Below, in pieces: positions 1 through 17,334 of a DNA stretch of 64,000 nt. The notes below the pieces were generated by a model. That model saw nothing but the letters and a program-made list of their open reading frames with translations. It ran no database searches and had not been told where the DNA came from. A program made the position numbers and the translations under genes. Location: contig KZ538051.1 in NCBI GenBank assembly GCA_000934665.2, positions 62,001 to 126,000 of the forward strand, read 5' to 3'. Positions within the stretch are counted from its first letter, which is position 1, and the number at the start of each line of letters is the position of its first letter. The stretch comes from Catajapyx aquilonaris (Eukaryota).

Positions 1-3000
1 TTTCCTGCAGAATTGCAATGAAACCTGAAAAAAATATCCGCATTGTTATAAGTATAAAGCAACCGTTCTGATGGTTAATAAAATCTTCGCACTTAATTTT
101 TCGGCGATAAACTCGAAAAATCCCCAAAATCCCTTCTATATAATATGGACTCGACTAAAATTTTCACAGTTTGTGAGCCTTTCTTCATCAGGCGAGGGAA
201 TTAAGACGCGTCTGAGGAACAAATTCCTCTTGGCTCGTTTTCAAGTAAGACGCATCTTTCTCTCTGCTAATTAGAATTGATGCGAATAATCGCATTGTCA
301 ACCGGTAGTTTTCTAGTCGAGCTTTGGGAACAAAAAAAAAGTAAGGGTTTTGATCAAAGAAGTTTTCAAGGTCCTTGTCTGAAACTAGCTTTAAAAAAAT
401 AGGGAACAAACTGTCTGAAATGGAACAGTAATCCCCGATGTTATTAACTGACGTTTTCTATTTCACTTTTTGTAATATTCTCTGCAGATACTGGGATAAT
501 GCGAGCTGCACTTTGATTACAGTCACAATGTCTAGTGAAACTAGTGGGTGGAACATTATGAAAGGAACACTGATTACAATAGTTTTTCTTATATCATAAA
601 GTTTTTCATGCAGTACGCATAACATTATGTAACTTATGGTAGTTGAAAGTAATGCTCATAAGTTATCCAAGTTACCAAAATATGGCGTCCAAAAATTTTA
701 GAGTTCCAACCTCTCCGGTTTTTACAACTTTTACAGAAATATTAACATGTAGTACATTTGTTATTTTTTGCTGGCGCATTTTGAAGCATTCCCTCAGATA
801 TAATATTCTGCAAAGGTATATGAATACCAATAGGCTAATCATGCATGAAGTACGCTGTTATTAGACCAACTGGCAACTGATGAAATATTTCACTTGCCCA
901 ACCGTAGCTGTAGTATAGAAAAAAGTCACTTCATTGATTACATTTTTAAAAAAGCTCGTTCAAGCATTTTTTTGTGTTACGTACCGTTTTTGATTTAAAA
1001 TTTCACATGCACAACTCGACTATTTTTTCCGAAGCCGCTCTCTATTATATCCTCATCAAACTGGCGAAAATCGATGTGTCTATTTCAGGCTGCTGTTATT
1101 TTGAACCGGCATAAAACTGAGAGTAAATACACTAAATTGACACATTGTAATCCCGGGCGAGTATTAATTAAATTTCGGTACACATGTTAATGCTGTTTGC
1201 AGCAGGATTCACAACACTGTATAAAAATAGCCCACATTCAATTATTATTTTCTGATTGCTTGTTGCGCAGGGATATAAGCTCAGCCTGCAGTATTTTTTA
1301 TCAATTATTTTGAGTGGTTTGAGTGTTTTCTGTCTGCCTACACTTGAAGTTACTGTACATCAAATTATTATCAGCAAACATTTCTTTCAGTAAATACATT
1401 AGTTAAGTACTAATTACACACACTTAAACTCAAGCTGAGATATGTTGCGAAAGTGAATTAATCGCCTGATTCTGCCATAGTGTATTAAATGAGCTATTAT
1501 TTTATTCATAATACGATTTAAAATCACTTAGAGAACTGACATCTTCACAAATTTCCTTCAGCCAATGATTTATTTCCCAAAATCTCCTGTTCAAAGTGAA
1601 GAAGTTAATGGATTGTTTTCCTCCAGCAAATAGAAACAAAGCTGGAATCAACAATCAGACCCGCATTCACAATTCTTTAAACTATTTGCTGGGGGTAAAC
1701 AACCCACGACTTCTTCGGGGGCCTTGAACTGAAGTATATACAACCTTGTTTAGCTTCAACATTTAACTGGCCGTTAAACAACCAATATTCGAACCAGTGT
1801 GTCTGTGTGTGATTGTTGTTCACACAAACACGTCCTGCTGGGCCGAACTGATAGGTCCCGTTGCATTATTTCCGTCGTCCAAAGGGAATAAATGGCTTGC
1901 TTCTCCTGAGATTGATCCTTGTGACGCGATTGGCGGGATCGCCTGTGGAGCTTGGGTGACAAAATGACGTGAAAACAGGAAGAATGGCGGCTATATGGCT
2001 TGGACACAACAAGGAAATGAAAAGGAGAGGCTTGGAAGGAAAAAGAAAATAATTTATCATTCCCAGCACATTTAAATGGCAGTTACATAAACTACAAGAA
2101 GGTACAATGCTCCTTACCATTATTTCGCGAAATTAAAATTGGAATTGGAAAAACTCTTCAGTCGCCAAAAAATAAGGTCGTCTGTCGTGTATTTTTTTGA
2201 ACTTTTTTTCTTTCCCATCTCACGAAGTCTCCAGAGTCTTTCAAGAAGTCACCTGGACCGAAGTTTAAATTGGCGGACCGAGAGTGAATTCGCATCTCAG
2301 TTTGCGGCAGGGCCTTGCTTCCTAAATTGACATCTAAGTGGTTTAATCTGCTGACTGATTGGTTAGAGCTGCTGGTGACTACGCAAGGTGCGTCGGAGTG
2401 TAACGTCTTTATAGGCTGCTGGGGAAGCTTTTAATGAAGTGCCAATGGTAATGCCGATGGGTTACGTAAAAGGCAACTGCATAAGTTTGAAAAGGTCGTC
2501 ACTCTCGTTACTCTCAGGGTCATGCCCCTGGGAATAATGATGCCAGTTTTAGAGCAGTTATGGTAATACCGCTTTATGTGTGGGTTCACTGCTTAACATT
2601 ATATTAGTACGATACTCACGAATTAATTCAGAGCTCAAATATGAATTCATTACAGCACCATACATGGACATTGCTAATTTCTAATTATCCTAATTAAATC
2701 TTGAATGTTAAGGATAGGGATCGTCCTGCGAATTAGTCGGTCATGTATTATAGGATCTGTCATCCGAGGTTTCGCTCTGAAAGCTTCCTTTTATTAAAGA
2801 CGCCATTTTTTTGCCAATTTGCTTGAGAGTGCTTCCAAGTTGAAGGTTCTGATGAGTGGCAAAGACACCTCGGTGACTTAGTCATGGAGAATTTGCCGCC
2901 GTTCTTGCAAGCAGGTGTTGAGAGGCGGGGTATTGCTAAGGGAGAGAGAAAGGAGACACCTTCTGTCTGATCGATACCACCTCTCTCTCTCCAAGGCATC

Positions 3001-3270
3001 TACAGTACCATCCCCTGGTCCCCACCCACCTCCCAGTCTAAACCACATCCATCTGAAGCCCCTCCGACTCGGGGGCCGAAATTTGAATAAGCCCCGGTAG
3101 CACTCGAGCGCATATACGCATTATACCCCTTGCAAACCGATCCTTTGTCGCTTCTCGCTCGGCTTTGGCACGCTTTTGAAAGCGGAGTCGACCCGAGGTA
3201 TCATTTACGAAGAGACATGGAGACCACTTGAGAACGCACCTGTATCTATAATTATAATGCCGTCACTTGA

Positions 3271-3527
3271 CGCCAGATGGCAGCACGAAGCTTTACTGTT
3301 GCCACTAGATGGCAGCACAATACACGCTTCTTACCACTAGATGGCAGTTTAATTCTGCCACTAGATGGCAGCACAAAATATTATCCCTGCCACTAAAGAT
3401 GGCAGCACGATGCATAATCCAAGTGTAGGTGGCAGCACGAAACGTTATTTTTGCCACTAGATGGCAACATGAAACGTTAATCCTTCCGCTAGATGGCAGC
3501 ACGATGCATACACTAGACTAGCAGCAG
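3271..3527 (+). repeat. Array of nine copies of a CCACTAGATGGCAGCAC-like (CTCF-consensus-like) motif with variable spacers, period mostly 32 bp
   Basis: AGATGGC-like cores start at 3275, 3307, 3339, 3363, 3397, 3427, 3459, 3491 and 3515 (the last is degenerate). The motif is conserved while the spacers differ. Confidence 0.85.
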
Positions 3528-3579
3528 AACTTGTTCTTCGCACGTCCTATTTCCAAGTTCTTAGTGTCATGTTAACTCC

Positions 3580-3642
3580 GTTGCTGTGGTAACCAGTTGC
3601 CATGCTAACCCTGTTACCATGGCAACTAGTTGCCATAGTAAC
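3580..3642. promoter_or_regulatory. Four tandem RFX X-box-like palindromes
   Basis: GTTGCTGTGGTAAC 3580-3593, GTTGCCATGCTAAC 3596-3609, GTTACCATGGCAAC 3613-3626, GTTGCCATAGTAAC 3629-3642. They match or nearly match the X-box consensus GTNRCC-N0-3-RGYAAC. Function not shown. Confidence 0.5.
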
Positions 3643-4065
3643 GGATGAGAAGCGGGACAAACAAGCATACAAAAGATGGCAGCACGCAGGGTGTTTCAAC
3701 ACAGCTGAGTAATTAATATTATTAGACAACAAATTTTTTAAACTAATATAAACAAAAGAAGTAATAAACATCGGTAGATATCTTTAATTTAATGTGTCAC
3801 AATTCTACGTTATTATATTAAAACGCCTGCGTCATGTCGTGCCGATATAAGCAGCGTGCGCCATCTACTGATTTAATTCCCAACTTCTTATAGACAATAA
3901 CTTACATAGCTGTGAGTTATGCCTAATAGTTATGACTATAGATATCGGGTAAATCTCCAATGCAATTGCTGTAAATGAAATTTAATAACCCGTAACTATT
4001 ACTACGCAATGGATTGTCACTAATACAGCTTTCCCTTTGTTTTGTTTTAACCCGGGTATGAGCAG

Positions 4066-9505
<5,440 letters not shown>

Positions 9506-9829
9506 TGTGGTTTTGCATATTGCCAGAATTAATTATTGTAATGTGTAACACATATGACCCTTTTCGAAGGATGAATTTGTTCGTTCTGGCGACATATGTT
9601 TAAATGGTCATCAAACCGCGAGAGAATCGCGAATCTTTAAAAAGAAATGTTGCTTTTTAAAAATAATTTAAATGTGCTTGCTGTTTTTAATTGTTGGTCT
9701 GAACGAGAGAGAGAGAGAGAGACAGCCAAGCGAGAGAAGCTGGGAAATGTATCAAGGAACAGATAAGACTGAGGTGTATAACAATGTATGTTATCATAAT
9801 TGACACAGGGTGGTCGTGAAGTTTGGGTT

Positions 9830-10018
9830 CACACGGGCGTCGTTGGCGGTTGGTCTTTTTGTCTTTTCCAATAACCAAACCGGGTCTATAAAAAAAGTGT
9901 GGGTTCACACAGTGGTCGTTGATGTAGGAATCTACCAATCCCAACAGAACAACCCAAAGACAACGACCATCGTGTGAACCCACTTTAGACCAAAAACCAA
10001 CCGACAACCACGCCCATG
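9830..10018. repeat. Degenerate inverted repeat (probable MITE remnant) downstream of Syt15
   Basis: GTGGGTTCACACAGTGGTCGTTG pairs with CAACGACCATCGTGTGAACCCAC. The outer GGGCGTCGTTGGCGGTTGGT pairs with ACCAACCGACAACCACGCCC. Confidence 0.5.
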
Positions 10019-10949
10019 TTGGCAGAAAATATATAATTTAACATCACATATTTTACGTTGTGTATTACATAACATTGTGAACACCCTGCTGTGTGCAAGT
10101 TATCTTAATGGTTCCCATAATTAATTTGTTGCTTTTTTCCGGATATACAAGTACATAGTAACTTACATAGTCTTCACCGATATATTTTTCGCACAATTAG
10201 GTCGCAACAATGATGGTTCTTACTATAGCGGTGAGATTTTTTGGTACTCGTGTGAGTCGCACCTCACACCGTCCATTTACATATTTTGGGGTCCAAAAGT
10301 GCCAAAACACATATTGTAACTATTATTTTACACCCACCCATAGTATAATGTATCCCCCAATAATAATAATATAAACCCAGAGAGTAATACTATTATTATA
10401 ATACAGTATTATTATATAGTCAATTTCCAAGGGAGACACTCAGGACTTCTCCAGAGACCAAACTTGAAACGGTCTATTTTCATATCTGTTGTAGGTGCAG
10501 CATTTACAAGCCAAACTTAGACGTTTTCGTCCTTCAAAGTTAACCTTAGTAAATAATGAGATAACATCACCTTCCCCCTCTAACTGATGATAAAACAAGA
10601 GTTTACGTCCAAATGATGTTCTAATCCAAATGATAATATTTGCCATGTAGCATTCCACCAAACTTGTAGCCAGCATACTCTGTTTACGCTGTAAGTGTAG
10701 TCATATAATAAATATATAATTTAAAAATGTGAAAGATGATCGAGATTTCCTTTATTGCTGTACGGTGGGGAGAGATCGAAATATTCGGTTGCAAAGGTGC
10801 AATTTGCATTCAAACAAATAATAATTGTTACCTGCACTCCAAACTGCTTTTAAATATTGCTAAACCCAATAATTAAAAATGAAGCACTCCTGATGAAAGT
10901 CTGGAGTGCAAACTTTGCACCTGAGCAAAATAATAATAAGTTAATAATA

Positions 10950-11190
10950 AGGTGAAGTGGGGTAAGTGCATACACGGGGTAAGTGCATACACGGGGTAAG
11001 TGCATACACGGGCCGCCAGATTGGAATAAAAATGGCCAGTGACGACACCAAAACCAAAACGCGTCCGGGGATGTGATGTGCAGCTACACAAAGAGTGCCT
11101 GACGCGTTTTGGTGTCGTCAGCCATTTTCATTTCAATATGGCGGCCCATGTATGCACTTACCCCGTGTATGCACTTACCCCACTTCACCT
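10950..11190. mobile_element. MITE flanked by TA, with 17-bp subterminal repeats
   Basis: TA-AGGTGAAGTGGGGTAAGTGCATACAC...GTGTATGCACTTACCCCACTTCACCT-TA. The unit GGGGTAAGTGCATACAC occurs 3x at the left end and 2x inverted at the right end. Confidence 0.85.
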
Positions 11191-11454
11191 TACATAAGCT
11201 TCGATCCCTGATGTGAACGGCGATCAGTGTGCTGAAAGCAACCTGTTGCTGTTGCCATGGTTAACTAACCCTGGACTTTATAACTAACCTTCTAATTAAC
11301 TAACTAAATTTGCCTCCTCTGTTATAATAAAAGGCAAAGTTAGTCATTAGTTATTAGTTTGCTTGTCCAGGTTTATAGCTGCCATGCTGGAAACCTCGGG
11401 CAACCTGTTTCCACTATGGCAACTTGTGGAAATGAATTAATACATACGAATCAA

Positions 11455-11735
11455 TACATTTATTTATTTAGTTAGATATTTTTTCATTTAGTTATTTTTT
11501 ATTTTGTTGTTTTTTATTTTATTTTTATTTTTTTGTTATTTTTTATTTTGTTATATATTTTTTCATTTAATTGTTTTTAATTAGTTAGATATTTTTCCTT
11601 TAGTTAGTTAGTTAGTTATGTTTTATTTAATTATTTAGTTAGTTATGTTTTATTTAATTATTTAGTTATTTAGTTAGTTTTATTTAATTAGTTAGTTATT
11701 TAGTTATTTTTACTTAATTAGTTAGTCATTTAATT
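11455..11735. repeat. AT-rich low-complexity tract (TTAGTTATTT-like)
   Basis: Directly visible degenerate repeats. Confidence 0.8.
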
Positions 11736-13347
11736 GAATTGCTCATAAATATAACATTTGCTATTAATGGAGTATATATAACCTCATAAAGTAGTTATTG
11801 CACCATTTAAAGACCTATCAATTATTTTGGCATATGAAGACGAACTTGGGTAGAAACAATAGTATAATTAATTATTAATTAATAATAATTACAGTGTTAC
11901 AAAAGGGCCAAAGAGGAATAATACAGCCCCAGAGTGGACGATCAGACCTGGAAGGTAAGAAAACACATTTTGAAATAATGTCTACAGCCAGCGGTCGTGT
12001 AAAGTGTGTCGCTATGTAGAACTTTAATACATTGGAGCACATCCCATTGAACCAAACATTTTGTCGTCCTACCCACCGGTTTTATCAAGCGATAAAAATA
12101 AACCCGGCAGTCGAGGAGCTGGTGAGAGCCCCTGCTGTATACAAAGTAGCCTATACAGTATGGGCCTACATCATGCACTTTCAATGGGCTCGTCACAAGT
12201 GCGCATTCCTCTGTGTTTGACAACATGACAGGCTTCAATCAGCCCTGTTGACACGACAGGACCCAGTTAATCGATAGGCAAACAACCGGGTTAATCATAC
12301 TACAGCATGTGGTGTAAGAGACTCCGCAGTACATGTACTGTGTGCACATGAAAAAAAAAAGAGCAAAATCGCATATAGTGATAGCCGCTATCACAAAAGA
12401 AAATCACGGCTATAACATTGCTCATGGCAACAGCTATGCTCTGATACGACACGAGTATGGCTCCGTGTGTGCTGATGGAGGCCGCCATTTTCGGTCCAAC
12501 TTCCTTCACGTAGCCGTCCAGCGCGTGTTGGGTGCAAAAGGAAGTTTGTCGAGTGGTCTCCTCATCCAACGGACGATTATTTTTCGGGGTCACTTTTGGG
12601 TCCTCCTCCTCTCCCTTCATCACGGAGGATAAGCACCACACGTGTGGACTCAGGAGGGCTCCCCAGGGACATACAACAACACAACGCCCACCAAAGGAGA
12701 TTAAAACCACCCCACTTTTTTAGATATATAAAGAGAAGAGGGTGACCTGCAATCAGGGCATTGCAGCCTTTGGATCGGACCACACCATTTGGATTAAAAG
12801 TTTTATTATAAAGCACGTAAGTTGAGGGTAATACTGGTAAAAAGAAAGTACTGAAGGAAAATAATTGGGTCGTACCAAGTACGCTATCGACAAGTGTGGT
12901 TGGCTTTTAACGCGGCTCTGTAAAAAGTAATGAAAAAAAATCAAAGCCATACAATTCAAATTAAACATTACATTTAGAATATACTTAATATGTTATTGTA
13001 GTATATTAAATATTATTTCATATGCCAAAAAAATCAAGGCGGATTCATGGTGTAAATGAAGAAATTGCAGTGAATACCCCATTTGTTTACCTTTGAACAT
13101 AATACACAAATATTAATATATTAATATTATATTACATATATTTATGCCATTACATATGAGGAAATTGGAGTACTGTACACACCATTGTTTACTTTTGAAT
13201 GTAATAATGCACAAATATTATATTAAATATATTTTCATATGGCATTAATTATTTTTTTTTTGCAAGGCTAGAGAGTAAATGAGTAAATTGAAGTAGACCC
13301 TGTTGTTTTTCCTTTGAACATGATACACTACACAAATATTAATATTT

Positions 13348-13540
13348 GATATCATGTTCAGGGGTAAACAACAGTGGAAATGCCCCGCAAAAAATTGCGC
13401 CATGTGATATAACATTAATATGATATGAAAATATATAACATAATTATGTTAAATGTTTTCATATCATATAAAATATTATTTCACATGGCGCAATTTTTTG
13501 CGGGGCATTTCCGCTGTTGTTTACCTCTGAACATGATATC
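13348..13540. repeat. ~190-bp near-spacerless palindrome
   Basis: GATATCATGTTCAGGGGTAAACAACAGTGGAAATGCCCCGCAAAAAATTGCGCCATGTGA...TCACATGGCGCAATTTTTTGCGGGGCATTTCCGCTGTTGTTTACCTCTGAACATGATATC. It is preceded by degenerate direct copies of part of the same unit at ~12960-13345. Confidence 0.85.
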
Positions 13541-14164
13541 TGGAGATACATGTTCGAGTGGAAGTTACGTGATCGGGTCAGATCCCAATTATTTCAAGGG
13601 GCAATCATTGTGATGAGGAAGTGAAAATGTGTATGCTAATTGCAGTTCCAGTTTCAGAATTTTTGTTGAAATTAATTAGGCGAATATTGCCTTAGCAATT
13701 TTTTCAGTTGTAATTGCAAGATGGACTGACTGCCCCCAATTTAATGAGCTAGTAATTTAAAATTAACACCGCAATAATAGGTAATCGCAATAAATATTGT
13801 ATGAGTAAGAAAGAGGGGAACTTCTGCTTTCATAACTTGTTGCATAACAGACCTTGAACAATGGTAATAACAATAATTCACCCTTCATGTTGTGTCATGT
13901 CTCATGAAGCTCTGATTCAAGTTTCCGTGTCAGTATTTCCCGCCATGAGCTGCAATCATGACCAAAGTGCTGGTCAGTGTATGTAATCAGCTAAGTAAAA
14001 GTGAGTCCTTGGTTAATCAGACATGGAAGATAAATAGAAAAGGCAGTTGGGAGCTTTATCTTTGACATGCTTACTAAAGTAAAGATAGCAAGCGAAGAAA
14101 TGAGAATTGTGATTGCTTAGTTAACCCTGATAACTATTAACCGGCTTTAATTGCTTCACAGAAC

Positions 14165-17100
14165 ATGATGGAAGAATGGAGATTGCCAAACAATACCGGA
14201 AGATGCCAGAACCTTAAGCAAATTGACGAGAAGATCCAGCAGCTGGAAGTTGAGCTAAACAACTGGCAGAAGTATCGCAGCAATCTTACACGTGTGGCTG
14301 ATAAGGTTTGTTATTCCAACCGTCCGCTGAACAAGCAAGTTACGATCTGCATAAAATAATGAAATATTTTCTTAACAGATAAAGTGGGACGTTCAATCAT
14401 GTTCCCGGCAGCTGATAGACTCGGTTCAAAAGCGCCAGACGCAACTTCTGCGCCAGACGGATTACTTCCATGGCTACCAGCTGTCCAGGGTGGACCTGAA
14501 ACTGGCGCAGATGCACCAGGACATCGGAAGCCTCAAAAGTCTTCGACAAGCCTACCAAGTCTTCACTCCTTATTTGCCGGAGCCCTCATGCCCTTCGTAA
14601 GGCCACTTTCAGTGAAAAGAGTTCATTCCATTTAACATAAGCGCAAAGCGTAAATCCATAAGTTGAGTCATTGATGACCCCCTCATTCGGTTTAATCCCG
14701 AATTAATGTGATTTAACTTGCGCAATACAAATTAAGGTCATGTGGAGCCAGATATGTGTAAATAATTAAACGGGCTTAGAGGTCATGTGAGTGAGTAAGA
14801 AGCTATGCAAATCGACGTAAGTCGTCTGTATCCATGACATTATAGAGCACAATGGGGTAGAATGATTGGCAAAAGCTGGATAAACCCTGCAATTGCAATA
14901 ATAAAAGTGCACTAAACACCTTATTATAATTCAGTAAGCATCACTGGTTTCAACAGAATTGAGGTGTCAATCGAGTATAATTGATCGTAACTTGTGCCAC
15001 TTCATACATTTGCATACTATGTAGGAAAAATAGTAGTATGTTCTCTACATCAAATTACGTGAAATGGTTTCGAAATAGTGGCCTTCAATATGGATGGACA
15101 TTCCTGGCTATTGTCTGTTGCTAATAATTTTGAGTGTAATGTGACGAGAACTTTATAACTCTATGGTTGTGAAAAATGTGCGAATATTTTATTAGCACTT
15201 TTGAAGAAATATTTAAAACCACCTATTCAAAGTCATGATAATTAAGGCGGAAGTGTATGCAAACTCAATATTGATTCTGGTATGAGGATGTCTGTTTCAA
15301 AGCACTTCGTATTGCGACATTAAAGTTTTCACGTAATCGCTATATGGAAATCGCAAAGGTGGGGGGGGGATTTTACCTCTTAAAAAATTAATTGTTTTAT
15401 TTATTTTTGTGGGGGATTATTACAAAATGTTTCCCACCCTGATTCACATGCTCATCATGCGCATGGAGCTGCAAAACATTAAGAGGAATTTTTTTCTCCC
15501 CTTTTGTCTTGTACGAAAAGATTACGTACACATTGGGTGTAAATTATTTCTGTGCGGAAATCGTGTTTTTAAAGCATTTCAACATGCAGTAATTTGTACC
15601 TGTAGGGGTTGGATACTTATGCAAATATGGGATTAATGGTATTGCACAGTACCTCTCCTGCACATTTCTGAATAATGACAGTAATTTTCTTCACGTTATG
15701 AGTGGTGCCTCATTACGTCCCAGGTAAACAATTTTCGAGGTTTTGTTTCCCATATTTTGTGACATGAAGATCACAGGAGATGTCAAAACTACTGGTATTG
15801 AAATGCAATCTGTCCCTCTTTTTTTTCGCTTCGACACATGAAATTCATGTAAGAAAGTGGTGAAACTACATGTACACTCAATGAAACACTCTTGCAGCAC
15901 TTACGAACAGGTTTAGTTTTCACTAAGCACACTTTGTAAATGTTGGCCATCAGTATTTTTTAAGTAGTTTATTCGAATAGTGGTCAAAAATATTTTTGTT
16001 GCGGCAGAGCTTAACATCTTAATGCTGTAGAGAAAACAAATACGAAATTTTTCAGCCTGTGCATACTGCTTCATTAATCTCTGTACGTAGCATTCCATAT
16101 TTTTCATTATTGCCTCTGCCTGACTCTAATGTTAAATTATATCTGCTTCCTGTTGCATGTAGCATGGACAAGACTAGCCTGCCAAGCGACATACGAGTGA
16201 ACCTGGACACTACCCCTCTTCAGTCCCAGATTCAAAGCTTCGGTCACATCGGGATGGATGGAATCATGAGTTCTGTTGAAAATGGATATTTTCCTGAGAG
16301 GTACTAGACGCAATGTGGTGTGAAATAATAATAATAAAAAAAATAGTGGTCTCTATTTCATATGTTAATGTTTACTTTTTAAGTGAGGAGGAGTACACGG
16401 AGGCAAGCTTGGATCACCATGTTATGGTAAAGCCTCTGGGAGCCCCGAAACCAAAGTTCTTTTTGCCTCAGCTGGGAGAAATGGACAAGTGGCTTGCAGG
16501 CAAAAGGGAGGTGACGTACAACGGTGCCCCAGAAGTGGGACAGGTGAGAATTTAGATTAAACATTCCTCATTTACGTACCTGCACTTACTTTATGTTTGT
16601 TCTAGCAATGCATATTTTTCTAACGATTGTTCCTGCTTACAGTGGCTACAGCACATCAAGAACGAGACTTGCCCCGAGCCACCGTTGGATGACTGTGACT
16701 GGAATGAATTTGAGGTGATTGAAAAGGGAGGCAGCTCGATCGGATCGGACGGGATTGAAACACTGTCCAACACAAGCAGTCCTGTCCGCCAGGTAATTTT
16801 TTGGTTAATTTTAAAATGACAAGCGACAAAACTAGGGCATGAACAATTTTGCGGCACTGGGCTCAGCGCTTTAGTTTGTGTAAATAAAACATGAACTGCT
16901 AATGAGCTGATATAATTAAATTTTTGCAATATCTGCTTGCTGCTTTAAGCTCTGCCTTTCATGACTATACGTGACTAGTTAATGAATTGGTGATTTTCTT
17001 GTAGGATTGCTCCAAAGCTCAGGACCCGAGGTCCATATGGCTATTGACCTGTAGCCAGAAAGAGAATCCTTCATCGCAGGGTAACAACTCCCAGCTGGAA

Positions 17101-17334
17101 CCTTGGCTTCCAGTTTCTTCCGCAGCCAATTCAACCAGTCCACCCAGTTCGTCTCTTACATCTCGCGATGTTCAACATATCCGTCATATTTTCTCGCACC
17201 CTAGGGACAACTGGATTGCTCCAAAAACTGGGCTTCCCGCTCAAAACCAGTCCCAGATGTCATTCCATATGCAGAAGTTTTGCGCCATGCAGAACGGTTA
17301 CGATTGGGTCTTGAAAAGTCCTGTCGCCGCCTAA
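14165..17334 (+). CDS. NCOA4: NCOA4/ARA70-like coiled-coil protein (~378 aa)
   Basis: GT-AG exons 14165-14305, 14379-14596, 16163-16300, 16384-16543, 16643-16792 and 17005-17334 join in frame. IKWDVQSCSRQLIDSVQKRQTQLLRQTDYFHGYQLSRVDLKLAQMHQDIGSL and DTTPLQSQIQSFGHI resemble the recalled NCOA4 ARA70 domain (VKAQIHSCISRHLECLRSREVWLYEQVD...DTITLRQTITTFGSL). Recurring xxWL motifs follow in a low-complexity tail. The gene model is firm; the name is less certain. Confidence 0.7.

Noticed and set aside
2915..3197. GC-richer segment as a possible upstream Syt15 exon
   Set aside because: The ORF ends in a stop and shows no transmembrane or synaptotagmin-like sequence, so I could not join it confidently to the exon at 4066.
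3271..3527. CRISPR-like repeat-spacer appearance
   Set aside because: Repeats are only ~18 bp and degenerate, spacers are ~6-16 bp, there are no cas genes, and the context is eukaryotic and intron-containing.
11942..12710. ORFs of 98-136 aa on both strands
   Set aside because: No recognisable domain or consistent splice structure; better explained as a GC-richer promoter region.
13960..13990. CAGTGT loop as an iron-responsive element upstream of the NCOA4-like gene
   Set aside because: The flanking bases do not form the required 5-bp upper stem.
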